A DNA stretch of 64,000 nt, from contig CAVTPA010000001.1 in NCBI GenBank assembly GCA_963736545.1, forward strand, positions 1,665,660-1,729,659, in the 5' to 3' direction. A model generated the notes under the pieces. The model was not told where the DNA came from. It made no database searches and saw only the letters and a list, made by a program, of their open reading frames with translations. Origin of the DNA: an uncultured Chloroflexia bacterium. GTDB lineage: Bacteria; Chloroflexota; Limnocylindria; Limnocylindrales; CSP1-4. Position numbers and translations under genes: made by a program. Position 1 is the first letter of the stretch. The number at the start of each line of letters is the position of its first letter. Positions 51,640 to 62,541 of the stretch are shown here, in pieces.

Positions 51640-53259
51640 ATGCCGTCCTTCCCCCGCCGACCCACCTTCGTCTCGGCCGCCCTCGCGGTCGCCCTGCTCG
51701 CCGGGCTCGTCCCCGGCGCCGCGGCGGCGGAGCCCGACTATCCCGCCTACGACAGCGGCTACCACTCCAACGCCGAGATGGTCGCGGAGATCCACGCCGC
51801 CCAGGCGGCCTACCCGGAGCTCGTCCAGGTCAGCTCGATCGGCACGAGCTACCGCGGCCGCGACATCTGGGTCGCCAAGATCTCCGACAACGTCGCCGAG
51901 GACGAGAACGAGCCCGAGATCCTCGTCGACGCCCTTCATCACGCCCGCGAGCGGCTGACCGTCGAGCAGGCGCTGTACCTGCTGCGGGTCCTGACCGAGG
52001 ACTACGCGACCGACGAGACGGTCCGCGCGCTCGTCGACGAGCGCGAGACCTGGATCATCTTCTCGGTGAACCCGGACGGCCACGTGTACGACGTCCGCAA
52101 CTTCCCGAACGGGCTCTGGCGGAAGAACCGCCAGCCGACGTCCGGCTCCACGTACACCGGCACCGACCTCAACCGCAACTACGACTACCGGTGGGGTTGC
52201 TGCGGCGGCTCGTCGAAGAACCCGGCGGCCTGGAACTACCGCGGGCCGCGCGCGTTCTCCGCGCCGGAGACCCGCGTCGTGCGCGACTTCGTTCAGGGCC
52301 GGGTCGTCGGCGGGATCCAGCAGCTGCGGGTCCACGTCACGCTCCACACGAACGGCGAGCAGGTCCTCTGGCCCTACGGCTACACGAAGACGAACCTGCC
52401 GCCCGACATGACCCGCGACGACCACCGCACCTTCGTCGCCCTGGGCCGGGCGATGGCCGCCCGCAACGGCTACACGCCGATGCAGTCGAGCGACCTCTAC
52501 GTCACCGACGGCGACCAGATCGACTGGATGTACGGGCGCCACCGGATCTTCTCGTTCACGTGGGAGCTCTACCCGACGGAGCAGTCGAGCGCCGACAAGG
52601 ACCACTACAACCCCGACGAGATCATCGGGCGCGAGACGACCCGCAACCGCTCCGCGCTGCTATACACGCTGCGCATGGCCGAGTGCCCGTACGCGGCGAT
52701 CGACAAGTCGGCCGCGAACTGCGGGCCGTTCTACGACGACCTCGAGGGCTCGAAGGGCTGGCGGGTGAACCCCGACGGCACCGACACGTCGAGGGGCGGG
52801 CGCTGGCAGCGGGCCAACCCGCAGCCCACGGCGGCGAAGGGGCCGAAGCAGCTCGACGTGACGGTCTCCGGGTCGCGCGCGCTCGTCACGGGCGCACTCG
52901 CCGGTGCGAAGCCCGGGTCGAACGATCTCGACGGTGGGGTCACGACCGTCCGTTCAACCCGGATCGCGCTCCCGGACGCGGTCGGGCGCCTCACCTTCCG
53001 CTACTACCTGGCCCACGGCGCCGCGAGCTCGGCGGACGACTGGCTGCGCGTGTGGGTGGAAGCCGAGGACGGGACGCGAACGCTCGTCCTCGAGGAGCTC
53101 GGCGCGTCGAACGACGACGACGCGGCCTGGGCATCGGCGAGCGTCGCGTTGGACGCGTGGGCCGGGCAGTCGATCCGGCTCGTCGTCGGCGCCGCCGACG
53201 GCGGCCGGGGCAACCTCGTCGAGGCCGCGATCGACGACGTGAGGATCCGCCGCCCGTAG
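51640..53259 (+). CDS. secreted M14-family zinc carboxypeptidase with a C-terminal beta-rich domain
   Basis: Signal peptide, then YHSNAEM..., zinc-ligand context ALHHARE, FSVNPDG, NRNY. Confidence 0.85.
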   Translation: MPSFPRRPTFVSAALAVALLAGLVPGAAAAEPDYPAYDSGYHSNAEMVAEIHAAQAAYPELVQVSSIGTSYRGRDIWVAKISDNVAEDENEPEILVDALHHARERLTVEQALYLLRVLTEDYATDETVRALVDERETWIIFSVNPDGHVYDVRNFPNGLWRKNRQPTSGSTYTGTDLNRNYDYRWGCCGGSSKNPAAWNYRGPRAFSAPETRVVRDFVQGRVVGGIQQLRVHVTLHTNGEQVLWPYGYTKTNLPPDMTRDDHRTFVALGRAMAARNGYTPMQSSDLYVTDGDQIDWMYGRHRIFSFTWELYPTEQSSADKDHYNPDEIIGRETTRNRSALLYTLRMAECPYAAIDKSAANCGPFYDDLEGSKGWRVNPDGTDTSRGGRWQRANPQPTAAKGPKQLDVTVSGSRALVTGALAGAKPGSNDLDGGVTTVRSTRIALPDAVGRLTFRYYLAHGAASSADDWLRVWVEAEDGTRTLVLEELGASNDDDAAWASASVALDAWAGQSIRLVVGAADGGRGNLVEAAIDDVRIRRP

Positions 53260-53330
53260 GTCGCAGCGCGCCCACTCGACCGCCGGCGGCGGCGTCGCGG
53301 ACCCGCGCCTGGCGGCGTCAGCCGCATCCG

Positions 53331-53365
53331 GAAAAGCAAGAACCCCGGCGGGCGGACCGGGGTTC
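53331..53365 (-). terminator. intrinsic terminator downstream of tRNA-fMet
   Basis: 9-bp stem GAACCCCGG/CCGGGGTTC (53340-53365) followed on the minus strand by CTTGCTTTTCC. Confidence 0.55.
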
Positions 53366-53384
53366 TCGACGTCGATATGCGGCT

Positions 53385-53459
53385 TGGTTGCGGGGAAGGG
53401 ATTCGAACCCTTGACCTTTGGGTTATGAGCCCAACGAGCTGCCGCTGCTCCACCCCGCA
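53385..53459 (-). tRNA. initiator tRNA-Met (CAT anticodon, encoded CCA)
   Basis: Cloverleaf folded by hand: acceptor TGCGGGG/CCCCGCA, D stem GAGC/GCTC (A11:U24), anticodon stem TTGGG/CCCAA with three G:C pairs next to the loop CTCATAA, T arm AAGGG-TTCGAAT-CCCTT, ACCA end. Confidence 0.9.
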
Positions 53460-53743
53460 GGCGAAGTATGAGCCGGATAGGCCAATTCCGTCAAACGCCC
53501 GTCCACCCATCCGGGCGTACGCCGTCCCAGCGCCACCCGCGAGCCGACGAGGCGTGCGGGCGCGTCGTGGCGTGCGGTCCGGCCGAGGCCGGGGCGCGAA
53601 TTCGGATACTCCGATCTCGCGCCCCGCGGCGAACGCCTCCTGCGCCCCGCGGCGAACGCCTCCTGTCCGCCGGCGTCCTGCCGCGCTACAGTGAGGGCCC
53701 TCTTCGGGCCGAAGCGCCGCGAGCGAACCGGGAGCGCCTGCCG

Positions 53744-54157
53744 ATGTCCGCCGACGACCTCTACCCCGCCGCCCTGGCCGTCCGGGAGCGCGCCTACGCC
53801 CCCTACTCCGGGTACCTCGTGGGGGCGGCGCTGCGGGACGAGCGCGGAGCCGTCCACGTCGCCGCGAACGTCGAGAACGCCGCCTACCCGCAGAGCCAGT
53901 GCGCCGAGGCCTCGGCGATCGGGGTCCTGGTGGCGGCTGGCGGCCGCAAGATCGTCGAGGTCTGCGTGGTCGCCGACGAGCGGAACGGGCTCCCCACGCC
54001 CTGCGGCGCCTGCCGCCAGCGCCTGCGGGAGTTCGCCGCGCTCGACGTCCCCGTTCACCTCGCCGGCCTCGGCGGGGTGATTCGCAGCGTGACGCTTTCC
54101 GACCTGCTCCCCTACAGCTTCGGGCCCGAGTTCCTCGGCAAGGAGGCCGTCCGATGA
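53744..54157 (+). CDS. cdd: cytidine deaminase
   Basis: Zinc motifs CAEASAI and PCGACRQ. GGGAG Shine-Dalgarno. ATGA overlap with the next gene. Confidence 0.85.
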   Translation: MSADDLYPAALAVRERAYAPYSGYLVGAALRDERGAVHVAANVENAAYPQSQCAEASAIGVLVAAGGRKIVEVCVVADERNGLPTPCGACRQRLREFAALDVPVHLAGLGGVIRSVTLSDLLPYSFGPEFLGKEAVR

Positions 54158-55045
54158 CGCACCCCGGGATCGACCCTGCCCGTCTCGCCGCCGACGTGCT
54201 CCGCGAGCACGCTCCCGGCTTCGCGCCGCGGCTCGGGATCGTGCTGGGCTCCGGCCTCGGCGGCCTCGCCGACACCCTCGACGACGCCGTCCGCCGTCCC
54301 CTACGCCGAGATCCCCGGCTTCCCGCCGTCCACGGTCCCCGGTCACGCCGGCCGGTTCGTCCTCGGCACGCTCGAGGGGGTGCCGGTCGCGTGCATGCAG
54401 GGCCGCTTCCACCTCTACGAGGGCCATCCACCGGCCGTCATCAAGCTGCCGATCCGGACGTTCGCCGCCCTTGGTGTCGAGGCGCTGCTGCTGACGAACG
54501 CGGCCGGCTCGCTCCGCGCCGAAGCGAAGCCGGGCAGCCTCATGCTCATCACCGACCACATCAACGCCATGTGGACGAACCCGCTGCTCGGGGCCAACGA
54601 CGACGAGTGGGGCGAGCGCTTCGTCGGCCTCGAGGACGCCTACGACCCGGCGCTGCGGGCACGGCTCGCGCGGATTGCCGGCGACCTGGGGATCCGGCTC
54701 CACGAGGGCGTCTACTGCGCACTCCTGGGACCGCTTTTCGAGACCCCGGCCGAGATCCGCGCGTACCGGGTGCTCGGCGCCGATGCCGTCGGGATGTCGA
54801 CCGTGCCCGAGGTCATCGTCGCCCGCCACGCCGGGATCCCGGTCGCCGCGATCAGCGCGATCACGAACCTCGCCGTCGGGATGAGCGACGAGCCGATCGA
54901 CCACGAGCAGACGCTCCGCGGCGCGGCGATGGCGGCGGCCGACCTCACTCGCCTCGTGCGGGCGTTCGTCGCCTCGTTCGCGGCGGAGGGCGAGCCCGCC
55001 GGCGCGCGAGACGCCGGCGCCGCGGGCGCCGCCGGGGAGGCCTGA
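54154..55045 (+). pseudogene. purine nucleoside phosphorylase (PNP/MTAP family) with one apparent +1 frameshift near 54291-54297
   Basis: N-terminus ..RLGIVLGSGLGGLADTLDDAV is in one frame. ..VPYAEIPGFPPSTVPGHAGRFVLGTLEGVPVACMQGRFHLYEGH... to the stop is in the next frame. Removing one C from GTCCGCCGTCCCC restores DDAVRVPYAEIPGF. Confidence 0.8.
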
Positions 55046-55048
55046 CCG

Positions 55049-56380
<1,332 letters not shown>

Positions 56381-56808
56381 CCGCCGGGCGTCCCGGCCGA
56401 GCTGCCGCCCCTGCGCACTCGGGGCGCAGCCGCGGCGCACTCGGCGCGCAGCCGCGGCGCACTCGGCGCGATCCTGTCAGAAGCGTGCCAGGCGAACCGT
56501 ACGGACGATCGCTGCGCGGCGATCCGGTACGGGTTCGATCGGATGCTCCGCCGGCGAAGCCGGTGAGAGGATGCGTGGCCCCGTGGAGCCCGGCATGGGG
56601 GTTCGGCGGCGCCTGGAGCGGCGTTCGCGTGCGGCCACCCGCCGTACGGCTCGCTGGGCAAGCTTCTGAGATGGTCGGGGCGCCACCCGAGACTCGGGAT
56701 CGCCGCTGCCACGAGCAGGTGCTCAGGACGCGTCGCACGCGTTCCGGAGCGGTTCAGGATCGGCAAGGACGATCCGTCGCCCGAAACCGAACGACATGCA
56801 GCCAACGA

Positions 56809-57585
56809 ATGGGGGGCATGAACAACCGACGCCTCGCCGCAATCGTCGTCGCCGTCGTCGCCGTCCTGGCGATCGGCGGCCTCGTCCTCGCCCAGGGGTT
56901 CCTGCGCGGGGACGACGTCCCCGAGCTCGGGCTCGACACGCCCGGGCCGACCGCGGTCGCGACGCCGACCCCGTCCGAGGTCCCGGCCGCGACGCCCGCG
57001 CCGACGGACGGCGGCGTCGCGACGCCGGAGACGCCGGTCGCCGGCGGCCTCGTCGGCACCTGGGCGGTCACCGAGGGCGAGGCGGGCTATCGGGTCCGCG
57101 AGACGTTCCTCCAGCAGCAGGCCGACACGGACGCCGTGGGTCGAACGGGCGACGTCACCGGCGGCCTCGTTGTCGAGGGCACGGACGGCGCGCTGACGCT
57201 CACCGAGGGCTCGATCGAGGTCGACATGACGACCCTGCAGAGCAACGAGGGTCGCCGCGACAACCAGCTTCGCGGCCGCGGCATCCAGACCGACACGTTC
57301 CCGACCTCGACGTTCGTCCTCGCCGGCCCGGTGGCACTCGCGCCGGAGTTCGGCAGCGCCGATGTCGACGTGACGCTGCCGGGCCAGCTCACGCTCCACG
57401 GCGTGACCCGGGACGTCGAGATCGCGGCCCAGGCCCGTGTCCAGGACGACGGCAGCGTCGTCGTCGCCGGCTCGCTCCCGATCCTGTTCGCCGACTACGA
57501 CATCGAGGCGCCGAACGTCGCCGGCCTCATCGCCGTCCAGGACAACGGCACGATGGAGTTCCGGGTCGTCCTCGCGAAGGGGTAG
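56809..57585 (+). CDS. YceI-like domain protein with an N-terminal membrane anchor
   Basis: TM helix LAAIVVAVVAVLAIGGLVL, PT-rich linker, and a YceI-like beta-barrel (..SIEVDMTTLQSNEGRRDNQLRG..LTLHGVTRDV..). Confidence 0.8.
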   Translation: MGGMNNRRLAAIVVAVVAVLAIGGLVLAQGFLRGDDVPELGLDTPGPTAVATPTPSEVPAATPAPTDGGVATPETPVAGGLVGTWAVTEGEAGYRVRETFLQQQADTDAVGRTGDVTGGLVVEGTDGALTLTEGSIEVDMTTLQSNEGRRDNQLRGRGIQTDTFPTSTFVLAGPVALAPEFGSADVDVTLPGQLTLHGVTRDVEIAAQARVQDDGSVVVAGSLPILFADYDIEAPNVAGLIAVQDNGTMEFRVVLAKG

Positions 57586-57785
57586 TCGATCGGCGGCCGA
57601 CCCTCGCACGCCGCTCCGGCGGCCGACCCTCGCACACCGCTCCGGCGGCCGACTGCCGGCGCGAGCACCCACCACGGCCCCATCCTCGTCCCGGCTGAAA
57701 CGACGCGAGCCTCTCGTGCGTCTCACCGGCGGTTGAACGAGATGCGCGCACGCCGCCGTCCCCGTGCTCGCGCAGGGAGGCCCCC

Positions 57786-60422
57786 ATGCAACGCCTCGAC
57801 CCGCCGCGAACGCTCGCCGCCCTCGCCCTCTCGATGACGCTGGCGGCATGCGGCACGGCCGCGACGCCCGCCGTGCCGACGACGCCCCCACCCCCGGCGT
57901 CACCGCCTGCGACGCCGGCCGCGCCGGAGACGCCGGCGGCCGACGGCGCGACCTGGGCTCCGGCCGGCGCCCTGGCGCTCGGCCGGGCAAGCACACACGT
58001 CGCGCTCCTCGGGGACGGCCGCGTTCTCGTCGTCGGCAATGACAACCTGTGCGAGCCGGGCGGCGCGTGGGAGAGCAGCGTCCTCGCCGAGCTCTACGAT
58101 CCGGCGACCGGGACGTGGGCCCCGGCCGGCAGCCTCAATGCGCCGCGCACCGACTTCGCCGCCGTGGCCCTGCCCGACGGCCGGGTGCTCGTGGCCGGGG
58201 GGATGACGTCGGCGGACCCGGTGGAGGGCGCGTTCGGCTCGTACTCGAGCGCGAAGCTCTACGACCCGGCGACGGGCACCTGGTCGGCGACGGGCCTGAT
58301 GGGCACGGCCCGCACCGAGCCCGTCGCGGCGCTCCTCCCCGACGGCACCGTCCTCGTCGCGGGCGGGGCGTACGTCGACGCGGCCGGAAACCGCGACCTG
58401 GCGAGCGCGGAGATCTACGACCCCGAGAGCGGCACGTGGTCGCCGACGGGCGACATGAGCACGGCGCGCCGGGGAGCCGAGTCGGTCACCCTCGCCGACG
58501 GGCGCGTCCTGGTCGTCGGGGCCGCCCACGGCAGCATCGCGTCGGCCGAGATCTACGACCCGGCGGCGGGCGCCTGGTCGCCGGCCGGCTCGCTCGCGCA
58601 GGCTCGGGATGACTTCGCCCTGACCGCGCTTCCCGACGGTGGCGCGCTCGTCGCGGGTGGCGCGGTCGAGGGCAGCGACATCCCGCAGGCGACGGCCACC
58701 GCCGAGCGCCTCGATCCGGTGACGCTGCGCTGGTCGCCCACCGCCGACATGAGCACGGCGGCCGCGAACCGGTCGGCGGTCCTCCTCGGCGATGGCCGCG
58801 TCCTCGTTGCCGGCGGCGTCACGATCACCGACGCCCGGGCGACGGGAGGCAGCACCGAGCGCCCGCCGCTTGCCGACGCGGAGCTGTACGACCCGGCGAC
58901 GGGCAGGTGGACCCCGGCGCCGTCGCTGCCGACGGCCCGCGAGGGCGGCACCTTCGTGACGCTGGCGGACCGGACGGTGCTCCTCGTCGGCGGCGACGGG
59001 GGCTACGTCGGGGAACCGATGATGCCCTGGTGCCCCGAGCCGGTCGCCGCGGCGGTCCGGTACGTGCCGGGCAACCTCGCCGACTTCCCGGAGGTGGCCC
59101 CGCCGGCCACGGTCGCGGTCGCCCGGTCGGACGTCCCCCGGGCCGAGGCGAAGCCGGCCCAGGCGAAGCGCGTCGCCGCGTCGATCACCGCGTTCGGCGT
59201 CGACCTCTACAAGCGCATGCTCGAGGACGGCACGATCGACGCGAAGGCGAATGCCGTCTTCTCGCCGACGAGCATCGCCCTCGCCCTCGGGATGGCGCGA
59301 GCCGGCGCGAACGGCGAGACCGCCGCCCAGATGGACGCCGTCCTGCACGTGGCCGGCTGGGAGGCCCTCGGCGTCGGGCTCAACGCCCTGGACCAGGCGC
59401 TGGCGTCGCGCGACGCGACGTGGAAGGACGGCGAGGGAACCACTCACGAGCTCGCCCTTCGGATCGCGAACGCCGCGTTCGCCCAGGAGGGCTGGCCGAT
59501 CCTGCAGCCCTACCTCGACCGGATCGCCGCGACATTCGGCTCGGGCCTGCGCCTCGTCGACTACGTCGGCGACACGGACGGTGCCCGAAGGACGATCAAC
59601 GCCTGGGTCAGCCGGAAGACCGAGAAGCGCATCCCCGAGCTCCTGACACCCCCCGATGTCACCGTCTACAGTCGCCTCTTCCTCGTCAACGCGATCTACC
59701 TCAAGGCGGGCTGGGCGAACCCGTTCCCGGCGGCGGCGACCCGGGCTCGGGCGTTCACCCGGCTGAACGGGTCGACCGTGAAGGTGCCGACGATGGTCCA
59801 GCAGGACACGATCCCGCTGGCGAGCGGCGCCGGCTGGACGGCGACCGAGCTCCGCTACGAGGCCGGCGACGCGAACTGGCGCACGCCCCTCGCGATGACC
59901 CTCATCCTCCCCGACGACCTCCGCTCGTTCGAGAGGGAGCTCGCCGCGGGTCGCCTGGCGACCGTCGTGCGAAAGCTCGACACCGCCCGCGATCACCTGG
60001 ACGACGAGGTCGCCTGCGTTCAGTACCCCGAGATGGCGTGCTGCGATCACCCGTACGACGTCCGCCTCTTCCTCCCCCGCTTCGCGGCGGAGACGAAGGC
60101 GGACCTGCTCCCGGAGCTGGCGTCCCTCGGCATGACGCTCGCCACCGACCCGCTCCAAGCGGACTTCTCCGGCATCACCTCGCCGAGCGAGCTCTACATC
60201 GCGAAGGTCATTCACCAGGCCAACATCGACGTCGACGAGAAGGGGACGGAGGCGGCCGCGGCGACCGCCGTCGGCATGTCCACGACCGGGGGCTGCGGGC
60301 CGAGCAACCCGCACCGGGTGATCACGGTCCGCTTCGACCGGCCGTTCTTCTTCGTCCTCCGCGACGTCCAGACGGGCGCGATCCTGTTCATGGGTCGCGT
60401 CGTCGATCCGTCGGCGACGTAG
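57786..60422 (+). CDS. lipoprotein fusing a 7-bladed Kelch-type beta-propeller to a full serpin domain
   Basis: Lipobox LTLAAC-G. Seven D/G-R-V-L-V-x-G-G blades with YDPxxGxW. Serpin motifs FSPTSIALALGMARAGANGETAAQM, hinge EKGTEAAAATAV, and C-terminal FDRPFFFVLRD..TGAILFMGRVVDP. Confidence 0.8.
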   Translation: MQRLDPPRTLAALALSMTLAACGTAATPAVPTTPPPPASPPATPAAPETPAADGATWAPAGALALGRASTHVALLGDGRVLVVGNDNLCEPGGAWESSVLAELYDPATGTWAPAGSLNAPRTDFAAVALPDGRVLVAGGMTSADPVEGAFGSYSSAKLYDPATGTWSATGLMGTARTEPVAALLPDGTVLVAGGAYVDAAGNRDLASAEIYDPESGTWSPTGDMSTARRGAESVTLADGRVLVVGAAHGSIASAEIYDPAAGAWSPAGSLAQARDDFALTALPDGGALVAGGAVEGSDIPQATATAERLDPVTLRWSPTADMSTAAANRSAVLLGDGRVLVAGGVTITDARATGGSTERPPLADAELYDPATGRWTPAPSLPTAREGGTFVTLADRTVLLVGGDGGYVGEPMMPWCPEPVAAAVRYVPGNLADFPEVAPPATVAVARSDVPRAEAKPAQAKRVAASITAFGVDLYKRMLEDGTIDAKANAVFSPTSIALALGMARAGANGETAAQMDAVLHVAGWEALGVGLNALDQALASRDATWKDGEGTTHELALRIANAAFAQEGWPILQPYLDRIAATFGSGLRLVDYVGDTDGARRTINAWVSRKTEKRIPELLTPPDVTVYSRLFLVNAIYLKAGWANPFPAAATRARAFTRLNGSTVKVPTMVQQDTIPLASGAGWTATELRYEAGDANWRTPLAMTLILPDDLRSFERELAAGRLATVVRKLDTARDHLDDEVACVQYPEMACCDHPYDVRLFLPRFAAETKADLLPELASLGMTLATDPLQADFSGITSPSELYIAKVIHQANIDVDEKGTEAAAATAVGMSTTGGCGPSNPHRVITVRFDRPFFFVLRDVQTGAILFMGRVVDPSAT

Positions 60423-60505
60423 CAGCGCACGCCACCGGGCGCCACGCCCACCGGGCCCGCCGGCGTCAGGGGCCCGCCGGCGCCCCGCCCACATGGCCGC
60501 CGGCG

Positions 60506-62008
60506 TCAGGCCCCCGGCCGGCGGGCCACCACCGAGAAGAGCCGCTCCCCGTCCCGGAGCGGCTCTCGCGTGAACTCGCGGTAGAAGGCGAGGTCGACGA
60601 AGCCGGCCGTCTCGAGGGCCGCGCGGGCGTCGTCGGGCGCGTACCCGCGGACCGCCGGCGAGCGGACCTGGTGCTGCGTCGCGACGACGGTACCGTCGCG
60701 CCGGAGCTCGTACGTCTCCTCGGTGTGCTCGAGGCGCGTCCCGGCCTCGACCCACGACCGGCTGATCCGGCGGATCCGCGACCCGTCGGGCAGGTCGGCC
60801 TCCTCGGTCCACGACTCGTCGGCAGCCTCGGCGAGCGAGTAGAACGGCAGGGCGAGCGTGCCGCCGGGGACGAGGTGGTCGTGGAAGCGGCGAAGGGCCT
60901 CGGCGGCCGCCTCCGGCTCGATCACGAGCTGGAACGAGGACGAGGGCACGATGATCGTCCGGTAGCGGCGCGGCAGGTCCATCGCCTCCATCGCCTGCTC
61001 GAAGAGGCGGCCCTCGACGTCGAGGCCGGCCGCCGCCGCCTTCGAGCGGCAGATCGCGAGCATCTCCCCGGAGATCTCCACGCCGTCGACGTCGATGCCG
61101 AGCCCGCGGTAGTCGAGGAGGAGCCGGCCGGTCCCGCAGCCGACGTCGAGGACGGGCTCGCCGCGCTCGCGGACGAGGTCGAAGTAGAAGGAGCGGTCCT
61201 CCCAGCCCGACGTGTCGCCGCGCAGCGGGTCCCAGGCGAGGGCCATGAGGCCGACGTACTCGAGGCCGGCGGCGTCGCCGGTCATGCGCTCGTGCCCCCC
61301 AGGTGCCCGGGCGCTGCCCGAGCCCCTCGCGGGCCGCGGCCGGAGCGCCGTCGCGGCGCCCCACGCGGCGAGAGCCATGCCGGCGGCGAAGATCGGCCAC
61401 GGGAAGTCGGTCGGGACGCCTCCCTCCGTCAGCAGGGGCGCGTTCCAGCAGAAGGCGGCGACGACGATCACGCCGCCGCCGATCCCAGCCGCCAGCTGGG
61501 CGGGCCCCGCCCGCACCGGCCGCCCCGCCCGCAGGCGCGCCGCAGCCGCGAGGCCGAACCCGATGAGCGCCACGCTCACCGCGACGGGCGACCAGACCGG
61601 CCCCGCCCACGGCACCGGGATGAGGAAGAGGAGGTCCCACGTCGCGAGCGAGGGCGGCCAGCCGACGAACACCCACAGCCAGGCGTAGTAGAGGATGTCC
61701 CAGGTCCCGAAGGCGACCGCCGTCCAGGCCAGCCGCTCGAGCGGGCTCCGCCCGGCGAGCCACCCGACGGCCGCCAGCATCGCGAGCGTCGCCGCCTCGC
61801 GACCGACCTCGATCGCGGCGAGGTCCCCCACGCCGGCCGGGTCCCGGAGGGGGAAGAGCACGCCGGTCTCCATCCCGAGGGCGCGCTGCAGGTAGACGAC
61901 GACGGCCGACTCGAGGTACGCCATCGCCACGGCGAACGCGATGACGACGACGGCCGTCGCGACGAGCCCGGCGCCGCGCCGGGGCATCTCAGGTGCCGGG
62001 GACCTCAC
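60506..62008 (-). CDS. polytopic membrane domain (Trp-rich, about 6 TM) in frame with a class I SAM-dependent methyltransferase
   Basis: One uninterrupted 500-aa ORF. Methyltransferase motif I VLDVGCGTGRL. An internal ATG at 61285 could give a separate 259-aa methyltransferase. Confidence 0.6.
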   Translation of the reverse strand: MRSPAPEMPRRGAGLVATAVVVIAFAVAMAYLESAVVVYLQRALGMETGVLFPLRDPAGVGDLAAIEVGREAATLAMLAAVGWLAGRSPLERLAWTAVAFGTWDILYYAWLWVFVGWPPSLATWDLLFLIPVPWAGPVWSPVAVSVALIGFGLAAAARLRAGRPVRAGPAQLAAGIGGGVIVVAAFCWNAPLLTEGGVPTDFPWPIFAAGMALAAWGAATALRPRPARGSGSARAPGGHERMTGDAAGLEYVGLMALAWDPLRGDTSGWEDRSFYFDLVRERGEPVLDVGCGTGRLLLDYRGLGIDVDGVEISGEMLAICRSKAAAAGLDVEGRLFEQAMEAMDLPRRYRTIIVPSSSFQLVIEPEAAAEALRRFHDHLVPGGTLALPFYSLAEAADESWTEEADLPDGSRIRRISRSWVEAGTRLEHTEETYELRRDGTVVATQHQVRSPAVRGYAPDDARAALETAGFVDLAFYREFTREPLRDGERLFSVVARRPGA

Positions 62009-62070
62009 TCCGTCAGTATGCCGCCGGCGGTCGACGAGAAGCGTCGGCGTCCGGGCCGCGAGGATGCGTC

Positions 62071-62541
62071 CTAGCCGGTCGGGGCGACCTCGCTCGGGGC
62101 TGGGCCGATCTCCTGCTCGACCTCCCGGTCGAGGCGGCGGAAGGTGAGGGGGGTCGTGCTGCCGCCCGCGGCGAGGAGCGCCTTCGCCAGGTCCTCGGTC
62201 GTCGACTCCAGGAGCTGCATGAACTGCGTCTCCGCGAACTCCCGCTTCGGATCCGTGGCGTCCGTCCCGAACACCGCGTCGAGCAGCTGGACGAGCATCT
62301 GGTCCATCGCGTAGAGGCGGAGGTGGACGAGCTCGTGGACGACGACCTCCTCGAGATGAGCCGGCTCCTGGCTCGCCCGGAGGAGGAGCACCGCCTTGCG
62401 GTCGTCGAGGTCGACCTTGACGTCTCCTGTCTTCCGCCAGGGCGTGTCGACGAGCCGGAGCTCGATGTCCCAGTCGGCGAGGCGGAGGGTCGGCTGCCAG
62501 CGCGCGAGGACCGCGCGCGCCTCGTCAGCGGTGATCGCCAT
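62071..62541 (-). CDS. hypothetical 156-aa protein with an HExxH motif
   Basis: VVVHELVHL. The start overlaps the end of the upstream BMC-P gene by 17 nt. Confidence 0.5.
   Translation of the reverse strand: MAITADEARAVLARWQPTLRLADWDIELRLVDTPWRKTGDVKVDLDDRKAVLLLRASQEPAHLEEVVVHELVHLRLYAMDQMLVQLLDAVFGTDATDPKREFAETQFMQLLESTTEDLAKALLAAGGSTTPLTFRRLDREVEQEIGPAPSEVAPTG

Noticed and set aside
56581-56593. Minus-strand CCGGGCTCCACGG, reminiscent of the RNase P RNA CR-I region.
   Set aside because: The preceding GAGGAAAGTC is missing, and no other conserved RNase P regions are visible in the ~400 nt around it.
56666-56700. TPP-riboswitch-like CTGAGA ... ACCC string upstream of yceI.
   Set aside because: The rest of the THI-box consensus (GAACCTGATCnGGnTAATnCC...GGGA) is absent, and the downstream gene has no link to thiamine.
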